From an uncultured Endomicrobiia bacterium (lineage in GTDB: Bacteria > Elusimicrobiota > Endomicrobiia > DTEH01): a stretch of DNA of 55,397 nucleotides. The notes beneath the pieces are model-generated. The model saw only the letters and a program-made list of their open reading frames with translations, did not search any database and was not told where the DNA came from. Numbering within the stretch: the stretch's first letter is position 1; each line of letters opens with the position of its first letter. Of the stretch, positions 28,211 to 36,787 are shown piece after piece. A program made the translations under genes and the position numbers. The DNA is taken from NCBI GenBank assembly GCA_938074745.1, contig CALJEJ010000025.1:1-55397 (forward strand), read 5' to 3'.

Positions 28211-29767
28211 CTATCTGCTAAACGAAACAAACATAGGTCTACCATCCCTTATAATATCAAAAACTACACCATACTTTAAATCTACACTGTCAAGAACTTT
28301 CTTAAGTTGAGATATATTAGTAACATTTTTCTGGTTTATAGAAACTACAACATCGTATTCTCTCAGTCCAACATCTTCATAATCTTTTGCCCTATAATTA
28401 ATCTGAGAAACTACAACACCTGAAATATCTTCGTCAATATTTAGTTTTCTACGATAATAATCAGTTAAATTAACAAACTCGTGACCTAACCATGTAAATT
28501 TCTTTTCTTCAGATTCTGATTCTTGTGATTCTGAAGATAAAGAAGGTTTTAATTTAGTTAAATCTTCAGGCATCTCAGCTAATATTACGTTAACTATCTT
28601 TTCCTGTCTATCTCTAAAAATTTTCAGTTCTATTTTTTCTTTAGGAGAACAGGAAGAAATTATATCCTGTAACTCTTGTGGCGAGTTAATTTTTACATTT
28701 TTTTTAGCAGTGCGAACTTCAAGAATAATATCTCCTCGCCGTAAACCACTTTTTTCTGCAGGAGTGTTTTTTATCACATTGTTCACAAGCACACCTTGTT
28801 TTTCTTTTAACCCGAACTGTTTCGCTATTACATCATCCACAGGACGAATTTCTACTCCTAACCAACCACGGGTAACTTTACCTTTTTGAATTAACTCGGA
28901 CAAAATTTCTTTAGCACGGTTTATCGGAATAGCAAACCCTATCCCTGAAAAAACGCCTGTTGGCGCATATATTGCTGTATTTATCCCTATTACTTCACCA
29001 CGTAAATTACATAACGGACCACCAGAATTGCCACGGTTTATAGCAGCGTCTGTTTGGATAAAATCCCTATATTCTCGGCCTTCAACAACTATCCGCTGTC
29101 TTATTGCAGAAATTATACCCTGGGTTACTGTTTGTTCTAACCCGAATGGTGAACCTATTGCAAAAACCCACTCACCAACACGAATTTTGTCAGAATCGCC
29201 AAGTTTTGCATATACCAAATTTTTTGCATTAATTTTTATCACGGCGAGGTCAGTCCGAGGGTCACGACCTACAACTTTACCACGGAACTCTTTATTTTCT
29301 CCGTTGATGTTCACCAAAACTTTTATTTCATCTGCACCTTTTATTACATGTTCATTTGTTAGAATATAACCATCTTCTGAAATTATCACTCCACTACCTC
29401 CACCTTCTGCTTTATACTGTCGTTTAGGTACAGAACGACGTTTCTTAAATTTCGGTATACCAAAAAATTCTTCAAAAAACTCTTCAAACGGGTCACCAAA
29501 ATAAAATTCTATTCCTGGAACTTCATATGAATAAACAGTGGAAATACTTACTACTGCAGGACGGACTTTCTCTACAACTTGTACACAAACTTCTTGAAAT
29601 GTGTAAACGTCACTAACTTGTTCGGTTCTACTAGCAAGTTTAATTGCTTTATAAGAGCCGTTTTGTTGCGGAGTAAAAACTTTTATTACAGGATTGCCAG
29701 AAATTAAAACTATACCTATTGTAAGAACTAATATTATTATCCCGAGTTTAAAAATTTCTTTTTTCAT
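28211..29767 (-). CDS. degP: DegP/HtrA (Do) serine protease with two PDZ domains
   Basis: GSGVII, TNEHV, TDLAV, IQTDAAINRGNSGGPL, RGWLGV. Confidence 0.95.
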   Translation of the reverse strand: MKKEIFKLGIIILVLTIGIVLISGNPVIKVFTPQQNGSYKAIKLASRTEQVSDVYTFQEVCVQVVEKVRPAVVSISTVYSYEVPGIEFYFGDPFEEFFEEFFGIPKFKKRRSVPKRQYKAEGGGSGVIISEDGYILTNEHVIKGADEIKVLVNINGENKEFRGKVVGRDPRTDLAVIKINAKNLVYAKLGDSDKIRVGEWVFAIGSPFGLEQTVTQGIISAIRQRIVVEGREYRDFIQTDAAINRGNSGGPLCNLRGEVIGINTAIYAPTGVFSGIGFAIPINRAKEILSELIQKGKVTRGWLGVEIRPVDDVIAKQFGLKEKQGVLVNNVIKNTPAEKSGLRRGDIILEVRTAKKNVKINSPQELQDIISSCSPKEKIELKIFRDRQEKIVNVILAEMPEDLTKLKPSLSSESQESESEEKKFTWLGHEFVNLTDYYRRKLNIDEDISGVVVSQINYRAKDYEDVGLREYDVVVSINQKNVTNISQLKKVLDSVDLKYGVVFDIIRDGRPMFVSFSR

Positions 29768-29877
29768 ACACTAAAAACCTCTTTTTTAATTAGAACTTTG
29801 ATCTCCAAAAAATTAATATAAAAATATAAAAAAAATAAATTCAAGTCAAGAAAAAGAAGGTAAAATTTTAACGAATA

Positions 29878-31143
29878 TCAAATTCTTCTTGGTGTCCAGC
29901 AAGGAGTGAAAGAATTTCCTTTCAAAGCTGTTATGCGTCTTTGGTTAGACCCGTCAATAAACATTGTAAACAACTCATATTTTCCGAACCTGTTCGATGA
30001 AAAGACAATGTACCGTCCATCAGGTGAAAAGTACGGATTTTCATTACTACCACTATCTTGGGTGAGTCTGTAATATTCGTTTTTAGGGATATTATAAATA
30101 TATATATCAAACAATTTTTTTTCTGTCTTCATACAGAAAGCGATATGTTTTCCATCTGGTGACCATACGGGAGAATCTGTATATCCTGAAGTAGGTAATC
30201 TGCGAACATTTATACCGTCAATGTCAGAAATATACATTTGTGGAACTCCTGCACGGTCTGAAACAAAAACTATCTCACGGTTGTTTGGAGAAAAATATCC
30301 TGAAATATCCGCCCACGTACCTTTTGTAATTCGTTTCATTATCTGTGAGGACAAATCTAACAAAAATAGGTTTGGCGAATGTTGTGCTCGTGTCATTGTA
30401 ATAATAATTTTTTGTCCATCAAAAGACCAGTTGGCAGTAATGTTCAACCCCTGTTTTGTTGATAAAGGTTGTGGTTGTGAACCATCAATATTCATTATAT
30501 AAAGGTCCGGGTTGCCATATTTGTAGGTGGTGTAGATAATTTTCTTACCATCGGGAGAAACACGAGGATAAATTGTTATACTTTTGTAATCTGTAATCTG
30601 CCGTAAATTATGTCCATCATAGTCCATTATATAAATTTCTTTGTTTGAAGTCATATCGTTTACAAAAACTATTCTCGTAGTCGCAATACCATATTCGCCA
30701 GTAAAATATAATATCACATGGTCACAATACAAATGTGCAACGAACCGCGGATCCGCTGATTTAAATTCTTGCTCATAAATTTTTTGTGTTGTTTCAACAT
30801 CGTAAATTGTCCCTTTAAGGACGTATTCATGTTTGTCAACTGAAACTTCACCATGAACAACTAAATCTACACCATACCTTTTCCATTTTTCTGAGACTAT
30901 TTTGTCAGGTATATACTGCCATCCTGGGTCTATTATGTTAAACATTCGCGTAAACATTAAATCATCTCGTAAAGTATTCTGTATTTCTTGGACAACTTTG
31001 ATATTTTTAATATCTTTAGAAACAAATTTAGAAATACCTATATCTATCCGTTTTCCTTCCCTAACCATCTTTATCCAAACATCTACTGGCGCAGAACTTG
31101 CTACACAATTAATAAATATTAATAAAAAAATTGTTTTTTTCAT
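29878..31143 (-). CDS. tolB: Tol-Pal beta-propeller protein
   Basis: PD40-type repeats (SPDGKKI, WSPDGKHI, FSPDGRYI), EIYIMDYDG; lies next to pal. Confidence 0.92.
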   Translation of the reverse strand: MKKTIFLLIFINCVASSAPVDVWIKMVREGKRIDIGISKFVSKDIKNIKVVQEIQNTLRDDLMFTRMFNIIDPGWQYIPDKIVSEKWKRYGVDLVVHGEVSVDKHEYVLKGTIYDVETTQKIYEQEFKSADPRFVAHLYCDHVILYFTGEYGIATTRIVFVNDMTSNKEIYIMDYDGHNLRQITDYKSITIYPRVSPDGKKIIYTTYKYGNPDLYIMNIDGSQPQPLSTKQGLNITANWSFDGQKIIITMTRAQHSPNLFLLDLSSQIMKRITKGTWADISGYFSPNNREIVFVSDRAGVPQMYISDIDGINVRRLPTSGYTDSPVWSPDGKHIAFCMKTEKKLFDIYIYNIPKNEYYRLTQDSGSNENPYFSPDGRYIVFSSNRFGKYELFTMFIDGSNQRRITALKGNSFTPCWTPRRI

Positions 31144-31760
31144 TCTTTATATTTGAACTCAAAATATACACCTAAATAATCTTCTTCGTAACCTTGTGGT
31201 AGCGGAGGAAAAGGGTTCGCTAATTCTATTGCACGTAAACATAAATTATCATAAAAAGTATTTTTAGAAGTTTCTTTAATTTTTATTTCCTTAACTTCGC
31301 CCGACCTTAATATTTTGAAATATACTACTGTTCTAAACTCACCGGGATTATTTTGTGCCCATAACCAGTTTTCTTCCACTTTTTTTCTTATTTGACGAAT
31401 GTAATAGGTATAAGGAAACTTCGTCACTTCAAGAGATAAAGACGGAGAAACTGTCTGTGCAGAAGAAATTTGTTGTTCATCTTTTTTAGGTTCAGGTTTT
31501 TGTTGTTCAACAACTTTTTGAGGTTGGGGGACCGTTTTCTTTTTCTTCGGTATCACAATTTCTTCTTTTTTATGAACTACAGAATCTTTCTTAATTTCTA
31601 TAGAAGGTTTCTCAAACGAAGGTAGAGTAATCAGTTCTACTGGAAAGGTAACTATTATCGGTTGGTGTCTAAAAATAAATTTAAAATTTAAAAAAAATGT
31701 TAAATGTATTAAACAGGAAATAAAAAATGAAACTATTAACCGCGTATTTTTTAATTCCAT
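31140..31760 (-). CDS. TolA/TonB-family protein
   Basis: TM with SxxxH, Pro/Lys/Glu-rich linker, TonB_2-type C-terminus (YIRQIRKKVEENW...ANPFPPLP). Confidence 0.85.
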   Translation of the reverse strand: MELKNTRLIVSFFISCLIHLTFFLNFKFIFRHQPIIVTFPVELITLPSFEKPSIEIKKDSVVHKKEEIVIPKKKKTVPQPQKVVEQQKPEPKKDEQQISSAQTVSPSLSLEVTKFPYTYYIRQIRKKVEENWLWAQNNPGEFRTVVYFKILRSGEVKEIKIKETSKNTFYDNLCLRAIELANPFPPLPQGYEEDYLGVYFEFKYKE

Positions 31761-31785
31761 ACATAAAAGTTTTTTTAAGACGAGT

Positions 31786-32511
31786 TTATTCTATAGAAGA
31801 ACGAATATTTTCCGCTTCTTTACTGTTGGGATATGTTTTCATTATATAATCAGCAACATCTTTGGCTTGCTCCTCCATTCCTAAAGAAGAAAAACATTGC
31901 ATTTTTTTGTACAACATTGCAGGACAAAGTTCGTCTTTAGAATATTTCGTCAGAAACTCGTCAATAATTTTTAAACATTCATTAAACTGTTTTTTAACAA
32001 AATATGAATCAGATAAGTAATAGTATGCTTTAGGTGCAAGTTCGCTATTAGGATACCTTTCCAAATAATCTTTGAACCCACGAATTGATAAATCGTACAA
32101 CCCACGAGAATAATCGTTGTACGCCATATTAAACAGTTCCGTAGGTAGGGGTAAAATTGAAGTATCTACTTTGGGTAACTGTTTAGATAAAATATCCATC
32201 CTTTGAGTTAAACTTGAATGGATATCGTCCATCCGTTGGGCTAAAAAAGACATTTTATACTTGTTCTCTTCAAGTTTTTCAGTATAAACTTGTAAATTAC
32301 TATCTAACTTAGCCATTTTGGAATTTAGTTCTGCTTGGTTCTTTTTCAAAATACTCATTTCTGTTTTCAAAGAACTTATTTCTGTTTTCAGTTGTGCAAT
32401 ATCTTCACTTAAGGAAAGAATCTGATTTGAAGTCGCAATACAACTATAAAATGTAATACATATAAAACTCAAAATATAAACCTGAGCATATGACACTACT
32501 CGGAATTTCAT
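31786..32511 (-). CDS. cpoB: CpoB/YbgF-like coiled-coil plus TPR lipoprotein
   Basis: Lipobox-like FYSC, coiled coil, YLERYPNSELAPKAYY. Confidence 0.85.
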   Translation of the reverse strand: MKFRVVSYAQVYILSFICITFYSCIATSNQILSLSEDIAQLKTEISSLKTEMSILKKNQAELNSKMAKLDSNLQVYTEKLEENKYKMSFLAQRMDDIHSSLTQRMDILSKQLPKVDTSILPLPTELFNMAYNDYSRGLYDLSIRGFKDYLERYPNSELAPKAYYYLSDSYFVKKQFNECLKIIDEFLTKYSKDELCPAMLYKKMQCFSSLGMEEQAKDVADYIMKTYPNSKEAENIRSSIE

Positions 32512-32514
32512 TTA

Positions 32515-33054
32515 TTATTTTTTTATTCTCACTTTTGTTTCAGCTCTGCGGTTTGGAATACAACGTATTGAATCCGGAGGACCTGCATTTTTGTTTATCG
32601 GTTTTTCTTCACCATAAGATATAGTAGCAATTTTTCCTGCTGGAATGCCTAAATTTATATAATATTCCCTTACTGTCATTGCACGTTTCTGTCCTAAAGC
32701 AAGGTTGTATTCTGCAGTTCCACATTCACAACAATGTCCTTCTACTAAAATTTCATATTCAGGATGAACAGATAAATATTTTGCATTTTCTTCAAGAATC
32801 TTTTTTGCTTCATCTGTAAGGTCAAACCTGTCAAATTGAAAATTTACAGTCCTAAGTTCAGGAATTGAAACAAATTCTTCACCATGAATTGACGGTTCTT
32901 CAACAACTGTAGGTGTAAAAGTAGAAATTTCACTTTCTTGAGGTTGTGGCGGTAAAGGTTTTGGTTTTCGTTTTGGACAACTGTAAAAAAATCCAGTGAT
33001 TATAAATAATAGTAGTATATATATTACCTCTTTACTCCTTTTTCTAACTTTCAT
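32515..33054 (-). CDS. pal: Peptidoglycan-associated lipoprotein
   Basis: Lipobox FYSC, FQFDRFDL, EYNLALGQKRA, ISYGEEKP, NRRAE. Confidence 0.92.
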   Translation of the reverse strand: MKVRKRSKEVIYILLLFIITGFFYSCPKRKPKPLPPQPQESEISTFTPTVVEEPSIHGEEFVSIPELRTVNFQFDRFDLTDEAKKILEENAKYLSVHPEYEILVEGHCCECGTAEYNLALGQKRAMTVREYYINLGIPAGKIATISYGEEKPINKNAGPPDSIRCIPNRRAETKVRIKK

Positions 33055-33158
33055 TTTACCCTCCTTTTAAATCATACAGTAATTGGACAAATTATCGTTT
33101 GGCTGCTGTTGAACAACATTTTTCCATAATTAAATACAAAAATTTTTATTCAAATTAA

Positions 33159-33186
33159 ATTATAAAATTTAGGAAGATAAAGTCAA
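33159..33186 (-). promoter_or_regulatory. Sigma70 promoter for pal-cpoB-tolA-tolB
   Basis: TTGACT-N16-TATAAT. Confidence 0.6.
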
Positions 33187-33202
33187 GAGGATAAAAAAAA
33201 TT

Positions 33203-34801
33203 TTATATCCTTGTTTTGGGCGGGACGTATAATCCTTTTGACCATTTAACTATATCGTCAAAAGTTTGTGCTGAAAGTAAACCACGGGTTGCATCTTTAG
33301 GATTGATACCTAAATCTTCCGGATAAAACACTATTTTTCTATCACGCAAATTTTTTATCTGCGATTTTGTAATTTTTTTTCCTACTACAGTATCGCCTGC
33401 AATTGATGATATAGCCAACATCCTCGTTTTTAAATCAGGACATTTATGTAAACATGCGATACCCCGTTCCGTAACAATATGTGTAATCTGATCACCATAA
33501 ATCATTATCGGTGCTTGGGACAAAATTTTTTGTTTCACAAATTTTACAGCGTCAAGTTCTTCTACAAAAACAGGGATACCTTTAGGTGTTACCGTAGGCG
33601 TGATCTGGACAACAAGTTTTCTGTTCCCACATTTTAAAAAACTTTCAGAGAAATGTCTTCTTCCGGGCGGTGTGGAACCTAAATTAGGTGCACCGCCAAA
33701 CCCTGCAACCCTTCCTAAAGTTGCAGTAGAACTGTTCCCGAACTGGTCAATTTGTAAAGTAGAACCGATAAACAAATCAATCCCGTAAAGTCCTGCAAGA
33801 TGTGCGTATACACGGTTGGATTTTAACACACCGTCAGGTCCTACACTGAAAATGTTTTTTCTGTATTTTATATATTCCTCCATTCCGGGTTCACCACCAA
33901 AACTGTAAATCCTTTCTACAAACGACGATTCTATTGCAGGTATAAGTGTAGGATGAGGGTTTAACACCCAATGAGTTACATACTTACCTCTCATACCCAA
34001 TCGTGTTCCATAAGTCGGTAAAATAAGTTCAATTGCAGCCGTTGCATTACCGACCCCGTGGTTCAAACTTCTGACTTTATAAGGAATGTATATTCCTTTT
34101 AGCACCATCATTGCCATTAATATCTGTGTTTCTGTAATTTTTTCAGGGTCGCGAGTAAACAACGGTTGGATATAATATGGTTGACCTGTTTCAACAATGA
34201 AATCTACATAATCTTTAGGGATATCTACACGGGGCAATTTTTTTACCACGTTTTTTACCTGAGCAATAACAATACCAAACTTTGTCTTTGTCGCTTCTAC
34301 AATAACAGGTGTATCTTCTGTATTAAACCCGGTATAAAGATTACCTTCTTTATCTGCAGAATCTGCAACAACCAAACTTACATCCGGAGTTAAATCAATA
34401 AAATATCTGGAATAAAGTTCTATATAAGTGTTTATAGCACCAAGTTGGACTGTTTTGCTTGTTATAATTTCAGCAAGATTTTTTGCTTGTGGGCCAGAAT
34501 ATGAAAAATCTAATTTTGAAACAATCCCTGAAGACAAAATTTTTATATGTTCAGGTAACACTATTGACGACTGGACTAAATGTATATTATTTACTTTTTT
34601 AGGGTCTAAAGAAGAAAATTCTTTTGCTAAAAAATCTGCTTGTTTCTGATTGTCTCCTTCAAGACAAACTTTGTCTCCTGAATATATAACTGTCTCTAAT
34701 AATTTACGAACAAAATTTTTAGGGACAAATTTCGTATTTTTTATAACATACTTTTTTGCTGATTTAATTTTTTTTAGATATGTTTTATAAAAATCTTTCA
34801 T
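33203..34801 (-). CDS. mdcA: Malonate decarboxylase alpha subunit (MdcA/MadA)
   Basis: GDKVCLEGDNQKQADFL, LDFSYSGPQ, NLYTGFNTEDTP, SLNHGVG, LNPHPTLIPAIE, GFGGAPNLG. Confidence 0.92.
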   Translation of the reverse strand: MKDFYKTYLKKIKSAKKYVIKNTKFVPKNFVRKLLETVIYSGDKVCLEGDNQKQADFLAKEFSSLDPKKVNNIHLVQSSIVLPEHIKILSSGIVSKLDFSYSGPQAKNLAEIITSKTVQLGAINTYIELYSRYFIDLTPDVSLVVADSADKEGNLYTGFNTEDTPVIVEATKTKFGIVIAQVKNVVKKLPRVDIPKDYVDFIVETGQPYYIQPLFTRDPEKITETQILMAMMVLKGIYIPYKVRSLNHGVGNATAAIELILPTYGTRLGMRGKYVTHWVLNPHPTLIPAIESSFVERIYSFGGEPGMEEYIKYRKNIFSVGPDGVLKSNRVYAHLAGLYGIDLFIGSTLQIDQFGNSSTATLGRVAGFGGAPNLGSTPPGRRHFSESFLKCGNRKLVVQITPTVTPKGIPVFVEELDAVKFVKQKILSQAPIMIYGDQITHIVTERGIACLHKCPDLKTRMLAISSIAGDTVVGKKITKSQIKNLRDRKIVFYPEDLGINPKDATRGLLSAQTFDDIVKWSKGLYVPPKTRI

Positions 34802-35490
34802 TTTAATACACAACTTTTTTCACAAGTGTTACACTGTGGTAAAGGTCCTTTGAAACCAAGTTCTTCTCTTAATTTCATCAACGATTCAAATTGTTGTTTA
34901 GACAAGACATCAACTTTACCTAAATTCCGTGCAAGGTATATTACTTGCGCTAAATGTTCAACTTTTTCTAACCGATGGTACGCTGAAGTTACCGTAGAAC
35001 CAATTGTTACCACACCATGATTTTTTAACAAGAAAGCGTTAAAATCAGTTATATATTTTTTTAAAGAATTTGGCAGTTCTTCTGTATACAATGTAGCATA
35101 TTCTGTTAACGGAACACCGCCTAAGCTAAGAACAACTTCCGGTAAAACACATTCCATTAACGGTATCCCTGCAACAGAAAACGCTGTTGCATACGGCGGG
35201 TGTGCATGAACTACTGCGTTAACATCTTCTCGTTCTTTATAAACCATAAGATGCATCCTGTATTCTCCTGAGGGTTGTAAACTACCTGAAATTTTTTTAC
35301 CATCTAAATCTATAACTACCAAATCTTGAACTTCTATAGAACCTTTACTTTTGTTGCTCGGAGTAATGATTATTTCTTTTTCACCTATCCGTGCGGAAAC
35401 ATTCCCGTCTGTAGCTGAAACTAACCCACGAAAATACATCTGTTTACAAACTTCTACAATTTCTTTTTTTATATAAAAAATTGAACTCAT
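34798..35490 (-). CDS. Class II aldolase/adducin family protein
   Basis: DGNVSAR, ITPS, PSGEYRMH, VVHAHPP, LLKNHG. True start is MSSIFY because the longer ORF start lies inside the tRNA. Confidence 0.9.
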   Translation of the reverse strand: MSSIFYIKKEIVEVCKQMYFRGLVSATDGNVSARIGEKEIIITPSNKSKGSIEVQDLVVIDLDGKKISGSLQPSGEYRMHLMVYKEREDVNAVVHAHPPYATAFSVAGIPLMECVLPEVVLSLGGVPLTEYATLYTEELPNSLKKYITDFNAFLLKNHGVVTIGSTVTSAYHRLEKVEHLAQVIYLARNLGKVDVLSKQQFESLMKLREELGFKGPLPQCNTCEKSCVLK

Positions 35491-35511
35491 CACAGGACAA
35501 AATTTTCTTCT

Positions 35512-35585
35512 CGCGCCCAGCAGGAATTGAACCTGCAACCTGCGGGTTCGAAGCCCGACGCTCTATCCAATTGAGCTATGGGCGC
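35512..35585 (-). tRNA. tRNA-Arg(UCG); CCA not encoded
   Basis: GCGCCCA/TGGGCGC acceptor stem, D-loop TTGGATA with Arg-type A20, CGGG-CTTCGAA-CCCG anticodon arm, GCAGG-TTCAATT-CCTGC T arm. Confidence 0.93.
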
Positions 35586-35612
35586 AATATAATTTTGAAG
35601 AACACTACAAAA

Positions 35613-35887
35613 GCAAAGCTTACGCTTTGCCGCTACATTATTTTATAAAATTTTGTAACCAGTAATCGGTAATCAGTAATTAGGATATAAAATTTCTCCA
35701 ACGACCGTGTCGTTGCACTACTTCCCAAATAGGTAATCTTTGTAAACGGCGTTTAAACGCCGTCTATTATTTTCTGAAATTTCTTAAAACAAAACCTAAC
35801 TTTTGTAGACGGCAATTAATTGCCGTCTACTACTTTTTCACTCTTTCACTTCTTTCCCTCCACCTACCTGCTACCACCTACCACCTA
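35613..35887. repeat. Mosaic of REP-like palindromes and heptamer repeats
   Basis: Palindromes at 35613-35636, 35699-35721, 35742-35767 and a perfect GTAGACGGCAATTAATTGCCGTCTAC at 35805-35830. Heptamers (C[AG]GTAAT)x3 at 35660-35680 and CCACCTA-type x4 at 35860-35887. Confidence 0.75.
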
Positions 35888-35989
35888 TTTTTCTACACAC
35901 ACCCCTTGGTCCCTTCATATTTATCTTGACCTGTCCTGATTATCTCGCTAATAAAGAGAAATTATGTAATTTTTTAAGAAAAGTTATTT

Positions 35990-36781
35990 TTATTCCTGCG
36001 ATTCTGTGTTGTAAGTAACATTAACCTTGCTACCCTGCGGAACAGTCGCGCCAGAAGACGGTGTCTGACTTAAAATTATATCAAACTCTTTATCTTCATC
36101 TGTAACATTTTTAACTTCGCCTAATATTAACCCACGAGATTCTAAAATTTTTTTTGCTTCAACTAACGATTTACCGATAATATTAGGAACTGTAACTTTA
36201 CGAACAACAATTTTTTTAGGTTGAGGCCGAGGTTTAGGTTTACTTATTGTAAGATCTACAACAGAACCTTTATTAACTTGTTGTTTTTCTTTAGGATTGG
36301 AATCTATTACTACTCCGACAGGAAATTCGTCCGTCTCTACTTCAGTAACATTTCCTACAACTAATCCTGCGTTGTGTATCAACTTTTGCGCTTCTTGTAG
36401 TAACTTCAATTTTATCTCAGGAACAACAACCATTGGTATACCTTTGGATACAATTATGGAAATTTCCTCTCCTTTTTTTACCTTTGTTTTAGGTAAAGGA
36501 AACTGAGATATGATTTTACCTGTAGGAACCGTCTCTGATTCTTGTTCTTCTACAACATTGTAATTTAAACCTACGGATTTCAGTCTTGTATCTGCTTCAG
36601 ATATTGTAAGAAAACGAACATCAGGAACTTTTACTGTAAAATGTTCCTTCTCTATTTTAGGGAAAATATAAAAATATCCTAAAAAAGAAATTATAAACGA
36701 GATTAACAAAGAAATCAGTATAACTATCATTATACTTAAACCTTTAGAAACAGTTTGACTTTGTGGTATATTTTCTGACAT
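35990..36781 (-). CDS. Membrane-anchored PASTA-domain protein (3 PASTA)
   Basis: TM, then VKVPDV, VVVPEI and VTVPNIIG repeats each followed by a Q.P or S.P motif; no kinase domain. Confidence 0.9.
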   Translation of the reverse strand: MSENIPQSQTVSKGLSIMIVILISLLISFIISFLGYFYIFPKIEKEHFTVKVPDVRFLTISEADTRLKSVGLNYNVVEEQESETVPTGKIISQFPLPKTKVKKGEEISIIVSKGIPMVVVPEIKLKLLQEAQKLIHNAGLVVGNVTEVETDEFPVGVVIDSNPKEKQQVNKGSVVDLTISKPKPRPQPKKIVVRKVTVPNIIGKSLVEAKKILESRGLILGEVKNVTDEDKEFDIILSQTPSSGATVPQGSKVNVTYNTESQE

Positions 36782-36787
36782 ATTAGT

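Noticed and set aside
33093-33128. Mini-ORF MEKCCSTAAKR in the pal leader
   Set aside because: It has no SD and is short enough to arise by chance.
35491-35538. N-terminal extension of the aldolase
   Set aside because: It overlaps the tRNA-Arg gene; ATG 35490 is the sensible start.
35600-35920. IS element or prophage attachment site at tRNA-Arg
   Set aside because: No transposase or integrase and no duplicated tRNA 3' end in the window; the repeats lie on the 5' side of the tRNA.
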